Of a stretch of 64,000 nucleotides of DNA, positions 38,101-53,409 are shown piece after piece. Both the position numbers and the translations under genes were made by a program. The stretch covers positions 1,152,001 to 1,216,000 of the forward strand of contig CBDBCZ010000017.1 of the NCBI GenBank assembly GCA_965203295.1, written 5' to 3'. Position 1 is the first letter of the stretch, and each line of letters begins with the position of its first letter. The DNA comes from Nitrospirales bacterium. Its GTDB lineage: Bacteria > Nitrospirota > Nitrospiria > Nitrospirales > UBA8639. A model generated the notes under the pieces. That model worked only from the letters and a program-made list of their open reading frames with translations, had not been told where the DNA came from and did not search any database.

Positions 38101-41100
38101 CTCTATCCTTTTGCGTTGTTGCATGATTAATTGATGAATCCAGGTTGTAAGTTATCACCCTAGACCTAGTGCACATGCCTGCATGGATTGTAGCCATCTC
38201 TATGATCACTGTTGTACTCTACCCTTTCTTCCACATGCATTGACATTGTTCGATGACTCTAACTTGATGAATCCAGAAAGTAAGTTATCACCCCACACCT
38301 TATGCATATGTCTCCACAAGTGTAGTAATCACTGTAATCACTGCGGTACTCTATCCTTTTGCATTGTTGCATGATTAATTGATGAATCCAGGTTGTAAGT
38401 TATCACCCTAGACCTAGTGCACATGCCTGCAAGGATTGTAGCCATCTCTATGATCACTGTTGTACTCTACCCTTTCTTCCACATGCATTGACATTGTTCG
38501 ATGACTCCAACTCGATGAATCCAGCGAGTAAGTTATCACCCCACACCTTATGCATGTGCCTCCACGTGTGTAGTAACTTTGTAATCACTGCGGTACTTTA
38601 TCCTTTCGCATTGTTGCATGTTTAATTGATGAATCCAGCTTGTAAGTTATCACCTTAGACCTAGTGCGCATGCCTGCATGGATTGTAGCAATCCCTATAA
38701 TCACTGTTGTACTCTATCCTTTCTTCCACATGCATTGACATTGTTCGATGACTCCAACTCGATGAATCCAGCAAGTAGGTTATCACCCCACACCTTATGC
38801 ATGTGCCTCCACAAGTGTAGTAATCACTGTGGTACTCTATCCTTTCGCATTGTTGCATGCTAAATTGATGAATTCCGGTTGTAAGTTATCACCTTAGACC
38901 TAGTGCGCATGCCTGCATGGATTGTAGCCATCTCTATGATCACTGTTGTACTGTACCCTTTCTTCCACATGCATTGACACTGTTCGATGACTCTAACCTG
39001 ATGAATCCAGCTTGTAAGTTATCACCCCACACCTTATGCATATGCCTCCACAAGTGTAGTAATATCTGTAATCACTGCGGTACTCTATCCTTTCGCATTG
39101 TTGCATGCTTAATTGATAAATTCAGGTTGTAAGTTAGCACCTTAGACGTAGTACGCATGCCTGCAAGGATTGTAGCCATCTCTGTGATCACTGTTGTACT
39201 CTACCTTTTCTTCCACATGCATTGACATTGTTCGATGACTCTAACTTGATGAATCCAGCCTGTAAGTTATCACCCCACATTTTATGCATATATGCGTCCA
39301 TAAGTGTAGTAATCTCTGTAATCACTGCGGTACTGTATCCTTTCGCATTGTTGTATGTTTTATTGATGAATCCAGGTTGTAAGTTATCATCCTAAACCTA
39401 GTGCACATGCCTGCATGGATTGTAGCCATCTCTATGATCACTGTTGTACTCTACCTTTTCTTTCACATGCATTGACATTGTTCTATGACTCTAACTTGAT
39501 GAATCCAGACTGTAGGTTATCACCCCACATTTTATGCATATGCGTCCATGAATCCAGGTTGTTTATGCATATGCGTCCATAAGTGTAGTAATCTCTGTAA
39601 TCACTGCGGTTCTCCATTCTTTCGCATTGTTGCATGTTTAATTGATGAATCCAGGTTGTATGTTATCATCCTAAACCTAGTGCACATGCCTGCATGGATT
39701 GTAGCCATGTCTATGATCACTGTACTCTACCTGTTCTTCCACATGCATTGACATTGTTCGTTCCACATGCATTGACATTGTTCGATGACTCTAACTTGAT
39801 GATTCCAGATTGTAAGTTATCACCCCACACCTTATGCATGTCTCCACAAGTGTAGTAATCTCTGTAATCACTGCTGTACTCTATCCTTTTGCATTTTTGC
39901 ATATTTAATTGATGAATCCAGGTTGTACGTTATCATCCCAAACCTATCGCACATGCCTGCATGGTTTGTAGCCATCTCTATGATCACTGTTGTACTCTAC
40001 CCTTTCTTCCACATGCATTGACATTGTTCGATGACTCTAACTTGATGAATCCAGCTTGTAAGTTATCACCACACCTTATGCATATGCCTTCACAAGTGTA
40101 GTAATCACTGTAATCACTGCGGTACTCTATCATTTTGCATTGTTGCATGATTAATTGCTGAATCCAGGTTGTAAGTTATCAACCCAGACCTAGTGCACAT
40201 GCCTGCATGGATTGTAGCCATCTCTGTGATCACTGTTGTACTCTACCCTTTCTTCCACATGCATTGACATTGTTCGATGACTCCAACTTGATGAATCCAG
40301 CCTGTAAGTTATCACCCCACACCTTATGCATATGCCTCCACAAGTGTAGTAATATCTGTAATCACTGCGGTACTCTATCCTTTCGCATTGTTGCATGCTT
40401 AGTTGATAAATTCCGGTTGTAAGTTATCACCTTAGACCTAGTGCGCATGCCTGCAAGGATTGTAGCCATCTCTATGATCACTGTTGTACTCTACCCTTTC
40501 TTCCACATGCATTGACATTGTTCGATGACTCCAACTTGATGAATCCAGCCTGTAAGTTATCACCCCACACCTTATGCATATGCCTCCACAAGTGTAGTGA
40601 TCTCTGTAATCACTGCGGTACTCTATCCTTTTGCGTTGTTGCATGATTAATTGATGAATCCAGGTTGTAAGTTATCACCTTAGACCTAGTGCGCACTCTA
40701 CCCTTTCTTCCACATGCATTGACATTGTTCGATGACTCCAACTCGATGAATCCAGCAAGTAGGTTATCACCCCACATTTTATGCATATGCGTCCATAAGT
40801 GTAGTAATCTCTGTAATCACTGCGGTACTGTATCCTTTCGCATTGTTGTATGTTTTATTGATGAATCCAGGTTGTAAGTTATCATCCTAAACCTAGTGCA
40901 CATGCCTGCATGGATTGTAGCCATCTCTATGATCACTGTTGTACTCTACCTTTTCTTTCACATGCATGCATTGACATTGTTCTATGACTCTAACTTGATG
41001 AATCCAGACTGTAGGTTATCACCCCACATTTTATGCATATGCGTCCATGAATCCAGGTTGTTTATGCATATGCGTCCATAAGTGTAGTAATCTCTGTAAT

Positions 41101-44100
41101 CACTGCGGTTCTCCATTCTTTCGCATTGTTGCATGCTAAATTGATGAATTCCGGTTGTAAGTTATCACCTTAGACCTAGTGCGCATGCCTGCATGGATTG
41201 TAGCCATCTCTATGATCACTGTTGTACTGTACCCTTTCTTCCACATGCATTGACACTGTTCGATGACTCTAACCTGATGAATCCAGCTTGTATACGTTAT
41301 CACCCCACACCTTATGCATATGCCTCCACAAGTGTAGCAATCACTGTAATCACTGCGGTACTCTATCCTTTTGCATTGTTGCATGTTTAATTGATGAATC
41401 CAGGTTGTAAGTTATCACCCTAGACCTAGTGCACATGCCTGCATGGATTGTAGCCATCTCTGTGATCACTGTTGTACTCTACCCTTTCTTCCACATGCAT
41501 TGACATTGTTCGATGACTCCAACTTGATGAATCCAGCCTGTAAGTTATCACCCCACACCTTATGCATATGCCTCCACAAGTGTAGTAATATCTGTAATCA
41601 CTGCGGTACTCTATCCTTTCGCATTGTTGCATGATTAATTGATGAATCCAGGTTGTAAGTTATCACCTTAGACCTAGTGCGCATGCCTGCAAGGATCGTA
41701 GCCATCTCTGTGATCACTGTTGTACTCTACCCTTTCTTCCACATGTATTGACATTGTTCGATGACTCCAACTCGATGAATCCAGCACGTAGGTTATCACC
41801 CCACACCTTATGCATGTGCCTCCACAAGTGTAGTAATCACTGTGGCACTCTATCCTTTCGCATTGTTGCATGCTAAATTGATGAATTCCGGTTGTAAGTT
41901 ATCACCTTAGACCTAGTGCGCATGCCTGCATGGATTGTAGCCATCTCTATGATCACTGTTGTACTGTACCCTTTCTTCCACATGCATTGACACTGTTCGA
42001 TGACTCTAACCTGATGAATCCAGCTTGTATACGTTATCACCCCACACCTTATGCATATGCCTCCACAAGTGTAGCAATCACTGTAATCACTGCGGTACTC
42101 TATCCTTTTGCATTGTTGCATGTTTAATTGATGAATCCAGGTTGTACGTTATCATCCCAAACCTATCGCACATGCCTGCATGGTTTGTAGCCATCTCTAT
42201 GATCACTGTTGTACTCTACCCTTTCTTCCACATGCATTGACATTGTTCGATGACTCTAACTTGATGAATCCAGCTTGTAAGTTATCACCACACCTTATGC
42301 ATATGCCTTCACAAGTGTAGTAATCACTGTAATCACTGCGGTACTCTATCCTTTCGCATTGTTGCATGCTTAATTGATAAATTCCGGTTGTAAGTTAGCA
42401 CCTTAGACCTAGTACGCAAGGATTGTAGCCATCTCTGTGATCACTGTTGTACTCTACCCTTTCTTCCACATGCATTGACATTGTTCGATGACTCCAACTC
42501 GATGAATCCAGCAAGTAGGTTATCACCCCACATTTTATGCATATGCGTCCATAAGTGTAGTAATCTCTGTAATCACTGCGGTACTGTATCCTTTCGCATT
42601 GTTGTATGTTTTATTGATGAATCCAGGTTGTAAGTGACTCTAACTTGATGAATCCAGACTGTAGGTTATCACCCCACATTTTATGCATATGCGTCCATGA
42701 ATCCAGGTTGTTTATGCATATGCGTCCATAAGTGTAGTAATCTCTGTAATCACTGCGGTTCTCCATTCTTTCGCATTGTTGCATGTTTAATTGATGAATC
42801 CAGGTTGTATGTTATCATCCTAAACCTAGTGCACATGCCTGCATGGATTGTAGCCATGTCTATGATCACTGTTGTACTCTACCTGTTCTTCCACATGCAT
42901 TGACATTGTTCGATGACTCTAACTTGATGATTCCAGATTGTAAGTTATCACCCCACACCTTATGCATGTCTCCACAAGTGTAGTAATCACTGTAATCACT
43001 GCTGTACTCTATCCTTTTGCATTTTTGCATATTTAATTGATGAATCCAGGTTGTACGTTATCATCCCAAACCTATCGCACATGCCTGCATGGTTTGTAGC
43101 CATCTCTATGATCACTGTTGTACTCTACCCTTTGTACTCTATCCTTTTGCATTTTTGCATATTTAATTGATGAATCCAGGTTGTACGTTATCATCCCAAA
43201 CCTATCGCACATGCCTGCATGGTTTGTAGCCATCTCTATGATCACTGTTGTACTCTACCCTTTCTTCCACATGCATTGACATTGTTCGATGACTCTAACT
43301 TGATGAATCCAGCTTGTAAGTTATCACCACACCTTATGCATATGCCTTCACAAGTGTAGTAATCACTGTAATCACTGCGGTACTCTATCATTTTGCATTG
43401 TTGCATGATTAATTGCTGAATCCACGTTGTAAGTTATCAACCCAGACCTAGTGCACATGCCTGCATGGATTGTAGCCATCTCTGTGATCACTGTTGTACT
43501 CTACCCTTTCTTCCACATGCATTGACATTGTTCGATGACTCCAACTTGATGAATCCAGCCTGTAAGTTATCACCCCACACCTTATGCATATGCCTCCACA
43601 AGTGTAGTAATACTGTAATCACTGCGGTACTCTATCCTTTCGCATTGTTGCATGCTTAATTGATAAATTCCGGTTGTAAGTTATCACCTTAGACCTAGTG
43701 CGCATGCCTGCAAGGATTGTAGCCATCTCTATGATCACTGTTGTACTCTACCCTTTCTTCCACATGCATTGACATTGTTCGATGACTCCAACTTGATGAA
43801 TCCAGCCTGTAAGTTATCACCCCACACCTTATGCATATGCCTCCACAAGTGTAGTGATCTCTGTAATCACTGCGGTACTCTATCCTTTTGCGTTGTTGCA
43901 TGATTAATTGATGAATCCAGGTTGTAAGTTATCACCTTAGACCTAGTGCGCATGCCTGCAAGGATCGTAGCCATCTCTATGATCACTGTTGTACTCTACC
44001 CTTTCTTCCACATGTATTGACATTGTTCGATGACTCCAACTCGATGAATCCAGCACGTAGGTTATCACCCCACACCTTATGCATGTGCCTCCACAAGTGT

Positions 44101-47100
44101 AGTAATCACTGTGGCACTCTATCCTTTCGCATTGTTGCATGCTAAATTGATGAATTCCGGTTGTAAGTTATCACCTTAGACCTAGTGCGCATGCCTGCAT
44201 GGATTGTAGCCATCTCTATGATCACTGTTGTACTGTACCCTTTCTTCCACATGCATTGACACTGTTCGATGACTCTAACCTGATGAATCCAGCTTGTAAG
44301 TTATCACCCCACACCTTATGCATATGCCTCCACAAGTGTAGCAATCACTGTAATCACTGCGGTACTCTATCCTTTTGCATTGTTGCATGTTTAATTGATG
44401 AATCCAGGTTGTAAGTTATCACCCTAGACCTAGTGCACATGCCTGCATGGATTGTAGCCATCTCTGTGATCACTGTTGTACTCTACCCTTTCTTCCACAT
44501 GCATTGACATTGTTCGATGACTCCAACTTGATGAATCCAGCCAAGTTATCACCCCACACCTTATGCATATGCCTCCACAAGTGTAGTAATATCTGTAATC
44601 ACTGCGGTACTCTATCCTTTCGCATTGTTGCATGCTTAATTGATAAATTCCGGTTGTAAGTTAGCACCTTAGACCTAGTACGCAAGGATTGTAGCCATTT
44701 CTGTGATCACTGTTGTACTCTACCCTTTCTTCCACATGCATTGACATTGTTCGATGACTCCAACTCGATGAATCCAGCAAGTAGGTTATCACCCCACATT
44801 TTATGCATATGCGTCCATAAGTGTAGTAATCTCTGTAATCACTGCGGTACTGTATCCTTTCGCATTGTTGTATGTTTTATTGATGAATCCAGGTTGTAAG
44901 TTATCATCCTAAACCTAGTGCACATGCCTGCATGGATTGTAGCCATCTCTATGATCACTGTTGTACTCTACCTTTTCTTTCACATGCATGCATTGACATT
45001 GTTCTATGACTCTAACTTGATGAATCCAGACTGTAGGTTATCACCCCACATTTTATGCATATGCGTCCATGAATCCAGGTTGTTTATGCATATGCGTCCA
45101 TAAGTGTAGTAATCTCTGTAATCACTGCGGTTCTCCATTCTTTCGCATTGTTGCATGTTTAATTGATGAATCCAGGTTGTATGTTATCATCCTAAACCTA
45201 GTGCACATGCCTGCATGGATTGTAGCCATGTCTATGATCACTGTTGTACTCTACCTGTTCTTCCACATGCATTGACATTGTTCGATGACTCTAACTTGAT
45301 GATTCCAGATTGTAAGTTATCACCCCACACCTTATGCATGTCTCCACAAGTGTAGTAATCACTGTAATCACTGCTGTACTCTATCCTTTTGCATTTTTGC
45401 ATATTTAATTGATGAATCCAGGTTGTACGTTATCATCCCAAACCTATCGCACATGCCTGCATGGTTTGTAGCCATCTCTATGATCACTGTTGTACTCTAC
45501 CCTTTCTTCCATATGCATTGACATTGTTCGATGAATCTAACTTGATGAATCCAGTCTGTAAGTTATCGCCCCACACCTTATGCATATGCCTCCACAAGTG
45601 TAGTAATTTCTGTAATCACTGTGGTACTCTATCCTTTTGCATTGTTGCATGATTAATTGATGAATCCAGGTTGTAAGTTATCATCCTAAACCTAGTGCAC
45701 ATGCCTGCATGGATTGTAGCCATCCCTATAATTACTGTTGTACTCTACCCTTTCTTCCACACGCATTGACATTGTTCGATCACTCTAACTTGATGAATCC
45801 AGCGAGTAAGTTATTATCCTACTTCTTGTTTATGTGCCTCCATGGAACGTAGTCGACTCCATGCTAACTGTGGTACTCTACCCTTTCTCCAAACGCATTG
45901 ACATTGTTCGATGACTCCAACTTCATGAATCCAGGAAGTAAGTTATCACCCTACACCTTATGCATATGCCTCCACATGTGTAGTAATCTCTGTATTCACT
46001 GCGGTACTCTATCCTTTTGCATTATTGCATGTTTATGATGAATCCAGGTTGTAAGTTATCATCCTAAACCTAGTACACATACTTGCATGGATTGTAACCA
46101 TCTCTATGATCACTGTTTTACTCTATCTTTCTTGCACATGCATTGAAATTGTTCGATGACGCCAACTTGATGAATCCAGCGAGTAAGTTATTATCCTACT
46201 TCTTGTTCATGTGCCTCCATGGAACGTAGTCGACTTCATGCTAACTATGGTACTCTACCCTTTCTCCAAACGCATTGACATTGTTCGATGACTCTAACTT
46301 GATGAATCCAGGTTGTAAGTTATCACCCCACACCTTAATTATGCATATGCCTCCACATGTGTAGTAATCTCTGTAGTCACTGCGGTACTCTATCCTTTTG
46401 CATTGTTGCATGTTTAATTGATGAATCCAGGTAGTAAGTTATCATCCTAAACCTAGTGCACATGCCTGCATGGATTGTAGCCATCTCTATGATCACTGTT
46501 GTACTCTACCCTTTCTTCCACATGCATTGACATTGCTCGATGACTCCAACTTCATGAATCCAGGAAGTAAGTTATCACCCCACACCTTATACATATGCCT
46601 CCACATGTGTAGTAATCTCTGTATTCACTGCGGTACTCTATCCTTTCGCATTGTTGCATGTTTAATTGATGAATCCAGGTTGTAAGTTATCATCCTAGAC
46701 CTAGTACACATGCCTGCATGGATTGTAGCCATCTCGTTGATCACTGTTGTACTCTACCCTTTCTTCCACATGCATTGACATTGTTCGATGACTCCAACTC
46801 GATGAATCCAGCAAGTAGGTTGTCACCCCACACGTTATACATGTGCCTCCATAAGTGTAGTAATCACTGTAATCACTGCGGTACTCTATCCTTTCGCATT
46901 GTTGCATGCTTAATTGATGAATTCAGGTTGTAAGTTATCACCCTAGACCTAGTACACATGCCTGCATGGATTGTAGCCATCTCGTTGATCACTGTTGTAC
47001 TCTACCCTTTCTTCCACATGCATTGACATTGTTCGATGACTCCAACTCGATGAATCCAGCAAGTAGGTTGTCACCCCACACGTTATACATGTGCCTCCAT

Positions 47101-47910
47101 AAGTGTAGTAATCACTGTAATCACTGCGGTACTCTATCCTTTTGCGTTGTTGCATGATTAATTGATAAATCCAGGTTGTAAGTTATCACCCTAGACCTAG
47201 TGCACATGCCTGCAAGGATTGTAGCCATGTCTATGATCACTGTTGTACTCTACCCCTTCTTCCACATGCATTGACATTGTTCGATGACTCTAACTTGATG
47301 AATCCAGAAAGTAAGTTATCACCCCACACCTTATGCATATGTCTCCACAAGTGTAGTAATCACTGTAATCACTGCGGTACTCTATCCTTTTGCATTGTTG
47401 CATGATTAATTGATGAATCCAGGTTGTAAGTTATCACCCTAGACCTAGTGCACATGCCTGCAAGGATTGTAGCCATCTCTATGATCACTGTTGTACTCTA
47501 CCCTTTCTTCCACATGCATTGACATTGTTCGATGACTCCAACTCGATGAATCCAGCAAGTAAGTTATCACCCCACACCTTATGCATATGCCTCCACAAGT
47601 GTAGTAATCACTGTAATCACTGCGGTACTCTATCCTTTTGCATTGTTGCATGCTTAATTGCTGAATCCAGGTTGTAAGTTATCACCTTAGACCTAGTGCG
47701 CATATGCCTGCAAGGATTGTTGCCATCACTATGATCACTGTTGTACTCTACCCTTTCTTCCACATGCATTGACATTGTTCGATGACTCCAACTCGATGAA
47801 TCCAGCAAGTAAGTTATCACCCCACACCTTATGCATGTGCCTCCACAAGTGTAGTAATCACTGTGGTACTCTATCCCACTCTACCCTTTTTTCCACTTGC
47901 ATTGATCCAT
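35170..47910. repeat. ~12.7 kb satellite array of ~248-bp monomers (two ~124-bp subunits)
   Basis: About 50 monomers; each half contains tgatgaatccag..gtaagttatcaccc; recurrent ORF-track hits spaced 247-248 bp apart. Confidence 0.97.
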
Positions 47911-47919
47911 CTTGATATA

Positions 47920-48555
47920 CAGTCAACTCTCCAAATAGCGGACACTTTGGTACGACAGCCTTTGTCCTTTACTTAGAGAGTGTCCTTTATTGGGGAGTTT
48001 TATAAAATTCATGCTTAAATGATGTTAAAATAACTTTAATATAAGCATTCAATGACTCAACAGTTCAAAATTGTAGTCTGTGTATAATTATCAGCACTAA
48101 TGCCAGCTAGATTAGACGCGTGCTTATACGGTCTCCAAATGACGCAGTTTCAACATCAGTGTATCAAAGCAGTACAGTATAGACTATAGAGCTAGTCGAG
48201 CGCGAGTCAGAGTGAGCCATGGCATCACAGCCACAAGAGAGAGAACTTTTGTGATTCAAGACTGTAGATTGACTGTACATACTTATTAATACATTGTACA
48301 TGCGATATGCATGCGCATATGCATTGATTGTTATTCCCCGCCCACTGTCCGTTAGCCAGGAAACGATTTAATTGTATTGTACTACAGCATGTACAGTGTT
48401 CAATCTGAAGTGTCCGCTGTCCAAAAACAAGAAAGTGTGTTAGTCAGGAGGTTTTTTTGTATAGTAATATAGGGAAATCAATCCGTGCATGGAGCTGTGT
48501 CCGCTATAACGTGTGAGTCCGCTATTCGGAGTGTCCGTTAAGAGAGAGTTGACTG
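47920..48555. mobile_element. Tc1/mariner-pogo-type MITE
   Basis: TA|cagtcaactctc ... gagagttgactg|TA. Confidence 0.85.
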
Positions 48556-49247
48556 TATCAAGTCAGTCAGATATCACCTAGCTCCTTGTGCATGTAACTA
48601 AGCTGTCTAAAAAATGTTGGTTTGAGGTCCTCCGCCAACCCAATTTTTTGATGGCTTACCTGGGCTTACAGATGTATTTTAACTGTCTGTGCTTGCGCAA
48701 GCGTTAATTAATCAGTGAATGGTTAGTCACGTGCGTGGCCATGCTAGTGTTGTTTCATACTGATATGGCTTTGATTTAATGAGTGAATGAACAATGAACT
48801 ATAGGCCCTTTAGCCACGATTCAGCATTTATTCATGGCTACTAGTTGTGTACTCAGTACAGAAAGCTTGTCTGTGAGCCCCTCCCTTGTTTAGATAGCGC
48901 TAATGGAGGATTCAGCTGCTCATAATATTTTTCTCGCCAAAAACTGCTGAAGCCACTGCTCTTGCTAGGCCACTAAGGCTCTCTAAGAATTCCTCACTGT
49001 GTTTATGAAGGCCAGATGAAGGCTTTTTTGTACTTGCTCTGTGTATACAATAGGGGTCCAGAGCCGTAGCTTCCTACATGTATTTACTTGCCATTCTATA
49101 GATGATTGCTTCGAAAAGCCTTTGTCTGGCCCTCATGAATATAGTGAGGAATCCTAGAGAGCTGTAGTGGGCTAGCAACAGCAGTGGCTTCATCGATTTT
49201 TGCTGAAGGGAGATTCTCGGTTGGCTAGTAGTCCATCTTGAGATATA

Positions 49248-52209
49248 CAGTGCTCAGAATCTATTAAAAGAGTAGATTTTCTCTGCAGACAGTTTCTGTC
49301 AATTTTCCTTTAAAAAAATGAATGTAGAGACGTACGATAACTGTTCATAAGCCTAGCTGCTTCGTAAATAAGGCTGTGGACTGACAATAAAGTATTTTTT
49401 TGCCAAGTCTTCCATAGACTGCCGTAAGTTAGCGGCCATGTTTATTAGACGTCACGGATTTTTTGCGCGTCACAGAAATGCCGTAACCGTAGGGACTTTC
49501 CCCTACTAAACTCGATAATCGCGCGGTTTACACCAAGCTACAGTCTATTGCTCGTGAACAAATCCTTGAAATCGTCGGAACGCTCGATACTGCTACGGAC
49601 TTACTCTGTTACGCGAAGAGACCGCCACAGCAGCAGGGCCGACAACGAACGGGTAGCTGCTCTTGTGTTATACGCACGAGTGATGGGGCGGGGGAGAAAA
49701 ACTATCCACGGAAGATTGTTTGCGCTCATCCTGTGGTTCCCTCGGCAGCTGTACAGGCCTTCCGTATGCTAGTTTTGCGTCTCTCAAGCCGTAGTTTCAC
49801 TGGACACAAGTAGCGTGTCCATGTCGTTACTGTAGGCGTGGTTTGCGTAATCGTCATCATAGGTGTAAACCAATAGTGATGGTTACATAACAGGACAGCA
49901 CACAGAAATATATATATACGCTGCAAGCAGGCTGATACAAAGTCAAAACAACAACCAGAAAAAAAGGTGGAATAGAAAAAATAAACATGTAAGGAAGGTA
50001 AGTGCAATTATGAGGAGGGTGCCACCCTCGCGTCTGAGAGAGCGCCGTCCAAACCAAGGGAGAAAAACTGCCGTGCTCAACATCCCTCACACGCTGGTCG
50101 TATGATCTTTTCTCTTGCTCGTGACGTCTGCAGCACGCGGTCAATGAGTGGTTACGGTTGGAGTGTGCGAAGAGATTAAAGACCCGAACATCAAAAAATG
50201 CACATTGCCGATCACCAGCCCAAAAACCCTGTGACATGACATCTAGACGAGCACCATCCTCACGGTTGGCAGATCTGTCCTTAAGACTTTCACCAGAGAG
50301 TGGCTGTAAGAGAGGTTCAATGCCTACGTTGTGGCAGACTTCACTCATAAGGTGGGCAGTAATGTTCCTGATTTCATTATGGCGGATTGAAGTGAAGCCT
50401 CCACATGGACAACTCAAGGCATGATCAACACTGAATTGTTTACCACAGACGCAGTGTGCTGGAAGTAGCGGTGGTTGCCAGCCGTATCGAAGGCAGAGGG
50501 CATCGCGGAAGGCTCCCTTGTGAAGATCAAAGCCATGCTCAGAGATCGGTAGAGCCGTGAGCCAGCTAGAAGCTCCACACTCTTTCGATGACTCGACTGC
50601 CCTTTGAAGGGAGCTGGGAAGTCTGGTAGACTGGTACACAGGTCTGTGGCTAGGGTAGATTGTGCTTGGCGGCGATCTTTGTGGGCAACAGCTTTGGCTT
50701 GATTTTGAATTACCGTGACTTCCGCTGGGATGACTGTAGATTGTTGGAGTATGAGGTCGACAAGAGGTGTGGTCACCGTGATGGAGGTGCGATGCTGAGA
50801 GGGGGCTTGATCAACTGGGTTACTAATTCCCAAACCACCTAAACGAGCTGGCAATGCCATGAGCTCTTTCTCAGTGTCATTGAAGGGATTCTGGCCAGTG
50901 AATTTTGGGAGGAAGTGCAGACGAATTGCATCTTCTAGAGGTTGAAGGAGATTTCCAATGTCAGGGATGGTGCGGGAGAGATAGGACCATTTGCTTGTCA
51001 GCCCATGTGGCAACTTTCTCGCAGACGTACGTCTTCACGAAGGAGTCACTCCCGAGTGCTTCACCAATTAAGATGTCGCTTTCCATCTTTTGCGATAGAG
51101 ACTCCAGTCCCCTCAAAGAGGGAGGCTGCTAAGGGTAGCTTCTCCTCTTTGACAATGAGGCATGTCTTGGAGGCATTGGGATAATATCCATAGTCAGGAC
51201 CAATTTCAGAAAGATGATCCCACCACTGTCGTAGATGACGGAGGCCTCCACCTGCGGTAGCGTCGTCTGCATACCAGACTTGTTTGATGGCGTCATTAGA
51301 GAGCCTGTGGATGAGGGGGGCGGTACTTATGGCATACATTGCCATCGCAAGGGGGTCACCCTGAGTGGTTCCTTCACGAGAGAGGATAGTTTCGCCATCG
51401 ATGAATAGTTCTATGTCCGAACGGTAGGTGTTGATGATGACTTTGGCAAGGGGGGGGGGGCACAGATGTTGGATGTTTCTGAGGGCAGTTTGGCGATTGA
51501 GTGAGTTGAAGGCATTGGATGCGTCAATGAGGATCATAGCATCAGTGTCTGGAGAACAGAAAACGTGGCGCATAGCATGTACAGCTGCTTCGCAGCCACC
51601 CTCATGATCAGCACAGAGTTGGATCGGTCCAGCTGCTGTTTGAACATCATAGGTCGTGTGATGAGTGAAAAACGTCAAAATACGCAATCAAAATGGCGAA
51701 AAATGCCTGCGCAGACGATTTTTTTTCTGACTGAACAGTAAAACTCAGGAATTGTTTGAATAGTGGTACATTTATATCAACTCTTTAATAGTTTTGTAAA
51801 AAAAATTGAGAGTGCTCGGACAATAAATTCAAAAGTTACTACCTTAACCGATAACCCACTCAAAACATGAACTTTGGTCATTATCTCTGCATGGTGTTGA
51901 TTGATTGAGGAAAACATTTCTAACATTCAAAGATACCTTGGCCTGACTACTTGTTATATTCAAGGTTTAAACTTTCTCGGAACAAAGATGTAGATTTAAG
52001 CACCTTAACCGATTTTCCAAGTCAGGTGTCTTGCAGAAGCCATAGAACCCTTAGGTTATTACTAATTCAATTAACACCTTTCCCAACTTGTAGCAGATGT
52101 ATGTAGGTATATGCATACCACTTTTGAGAACCTAACATAAAACTATGTAGGGTGTAATACATTTAAAGCAATTTTTATCAAAAATCTACTCTTTAGATTC
52201 TGAGCACTA
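49248..52209. mobile_element. Non-autonomous TIR DNA element hosting a nested LINE
   Basis: TIRs cagtgctcagaatcta..aaagagtagatttt / aaaatctactctttagattctgagcact. Confidence 0.65.
49960..51650 (-). mobile_element. CRE-like non-LTR retrotransposon, 5'-truncated and frameshifted
   Basis: RT motifs DASNAFNSLNR, EGTTQGDPLAM, WYADD; PARLGGLGI; CVCG..HALSC zinc knuckle; RHNEIR, RLDV, FDVRV RLE endonuclease motifs. Confidence 0.9.
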
Positions 52210-53409
52210 CATATCCTTGTTCCGTGTAACTGCACAACTATTACAGAGTTTTCACGTGTCGTCACAGATCACGTGCTCTTGCAGTATGTCCGTGTCACGT
52301 TCTGTTTATGCCCGTTCTTGCCCACCATGCGTGGGCGACTAGATTGGCACGTTATACAGCGTAACAGCGATCTCAGAAACAAGAGCTGCTGGGAACTTAC
52401 GCGTTCGGTATCTCAACTATCGCTGTAATTTAGTTTTCAGGCGGGACAGATCGAATGAATCTGCCGCCTAGACTACGAGTACGAGAGTAACTTCCGGTCT
52501 CTATGCGTATGGCCATGTACGTTTGCTGGCCACCAAAATGGCGCCCTGGCAACAGTTGCTACATGCACGTGACGTAAGATGATGTCAATGAAAACTCTAT
52601 TCCTTTCATCAAACTGCCAGTGATTTTTGATGAGAAAAATTATTGTCAGCAGCTGAAACCTTTTATCTAAACAAGGGAGGGGCTCACAGACAAGTTTTCT
52701 GTACTGAGTACACAATTAGTAGCCATGAATAAATGCTAAAAAGGTTGTGGCTAGCTATAGGGCCTATAGTTGCAATAATATTCACTGTTTGTTCATTACT
52801 TATCAAATTAAAGCCATACAAGTATCCCATAACCCTAATAGTACTGGTACTGGCCCGCGAGATCGAGTCAGTGTAGTCTATTATGGTGTTTCTTGTGTGA
52901 TTGTGGTTCGTGGGAAGGTGGTAGTGCCAGATATCATCAAGGAGATGGTGGATGAGGGACTAAATTTTGCTGCCTTCTTGGTAACTTCAACTGTGACAAG
53001 TATTTGTTGTTAGAAGTGTACCTGGCTGATGATTGTTGTGAAGAAAAATTCTATTCGAACGAAACCCCAGCATCCCCTAAAAGTTGCCTTCATGTTTGGA
53101 AAGACCTATGTAAACTTAGTTGTGAGTGACACAGATGGTGATGGTGGTACGGGGGGAGAATCAAGTCTTTTGGATGTTCTGATGTCAAGTGCAAGGCGAC
53201 AAACACATGCATCCAGGAAGAACAGCAAGCCACAACTACCAGAAAAGATCTAACCAGAAACAAAGAACTACAACCAGAAGGATGAACTATACAATATCGT
53301 ACTGGAAATGTTATGTAGCAAATCATTCCCCAATGCACAAGAGCTTGCAACATTAACGACACACATGCTGCAGCCCGGTTTTGATATTTGAGAGAGTTTG
53401 TATGTATTA

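Noticed and set aside
33003..47820. Many Cys/His-rich 60-80 aa ORFs suggesting a peptide gene array
   Set aside because: Translations of satellite monomers; no signal peptide, and stops and frameshifts vary freely among units.
35170..47910. CRISPR array or hammerhead array in the satellite
   Set aside because: No unique spacers and no cas genes; TGATGA is present but there is no downstream GAAAC core or helix pattern.
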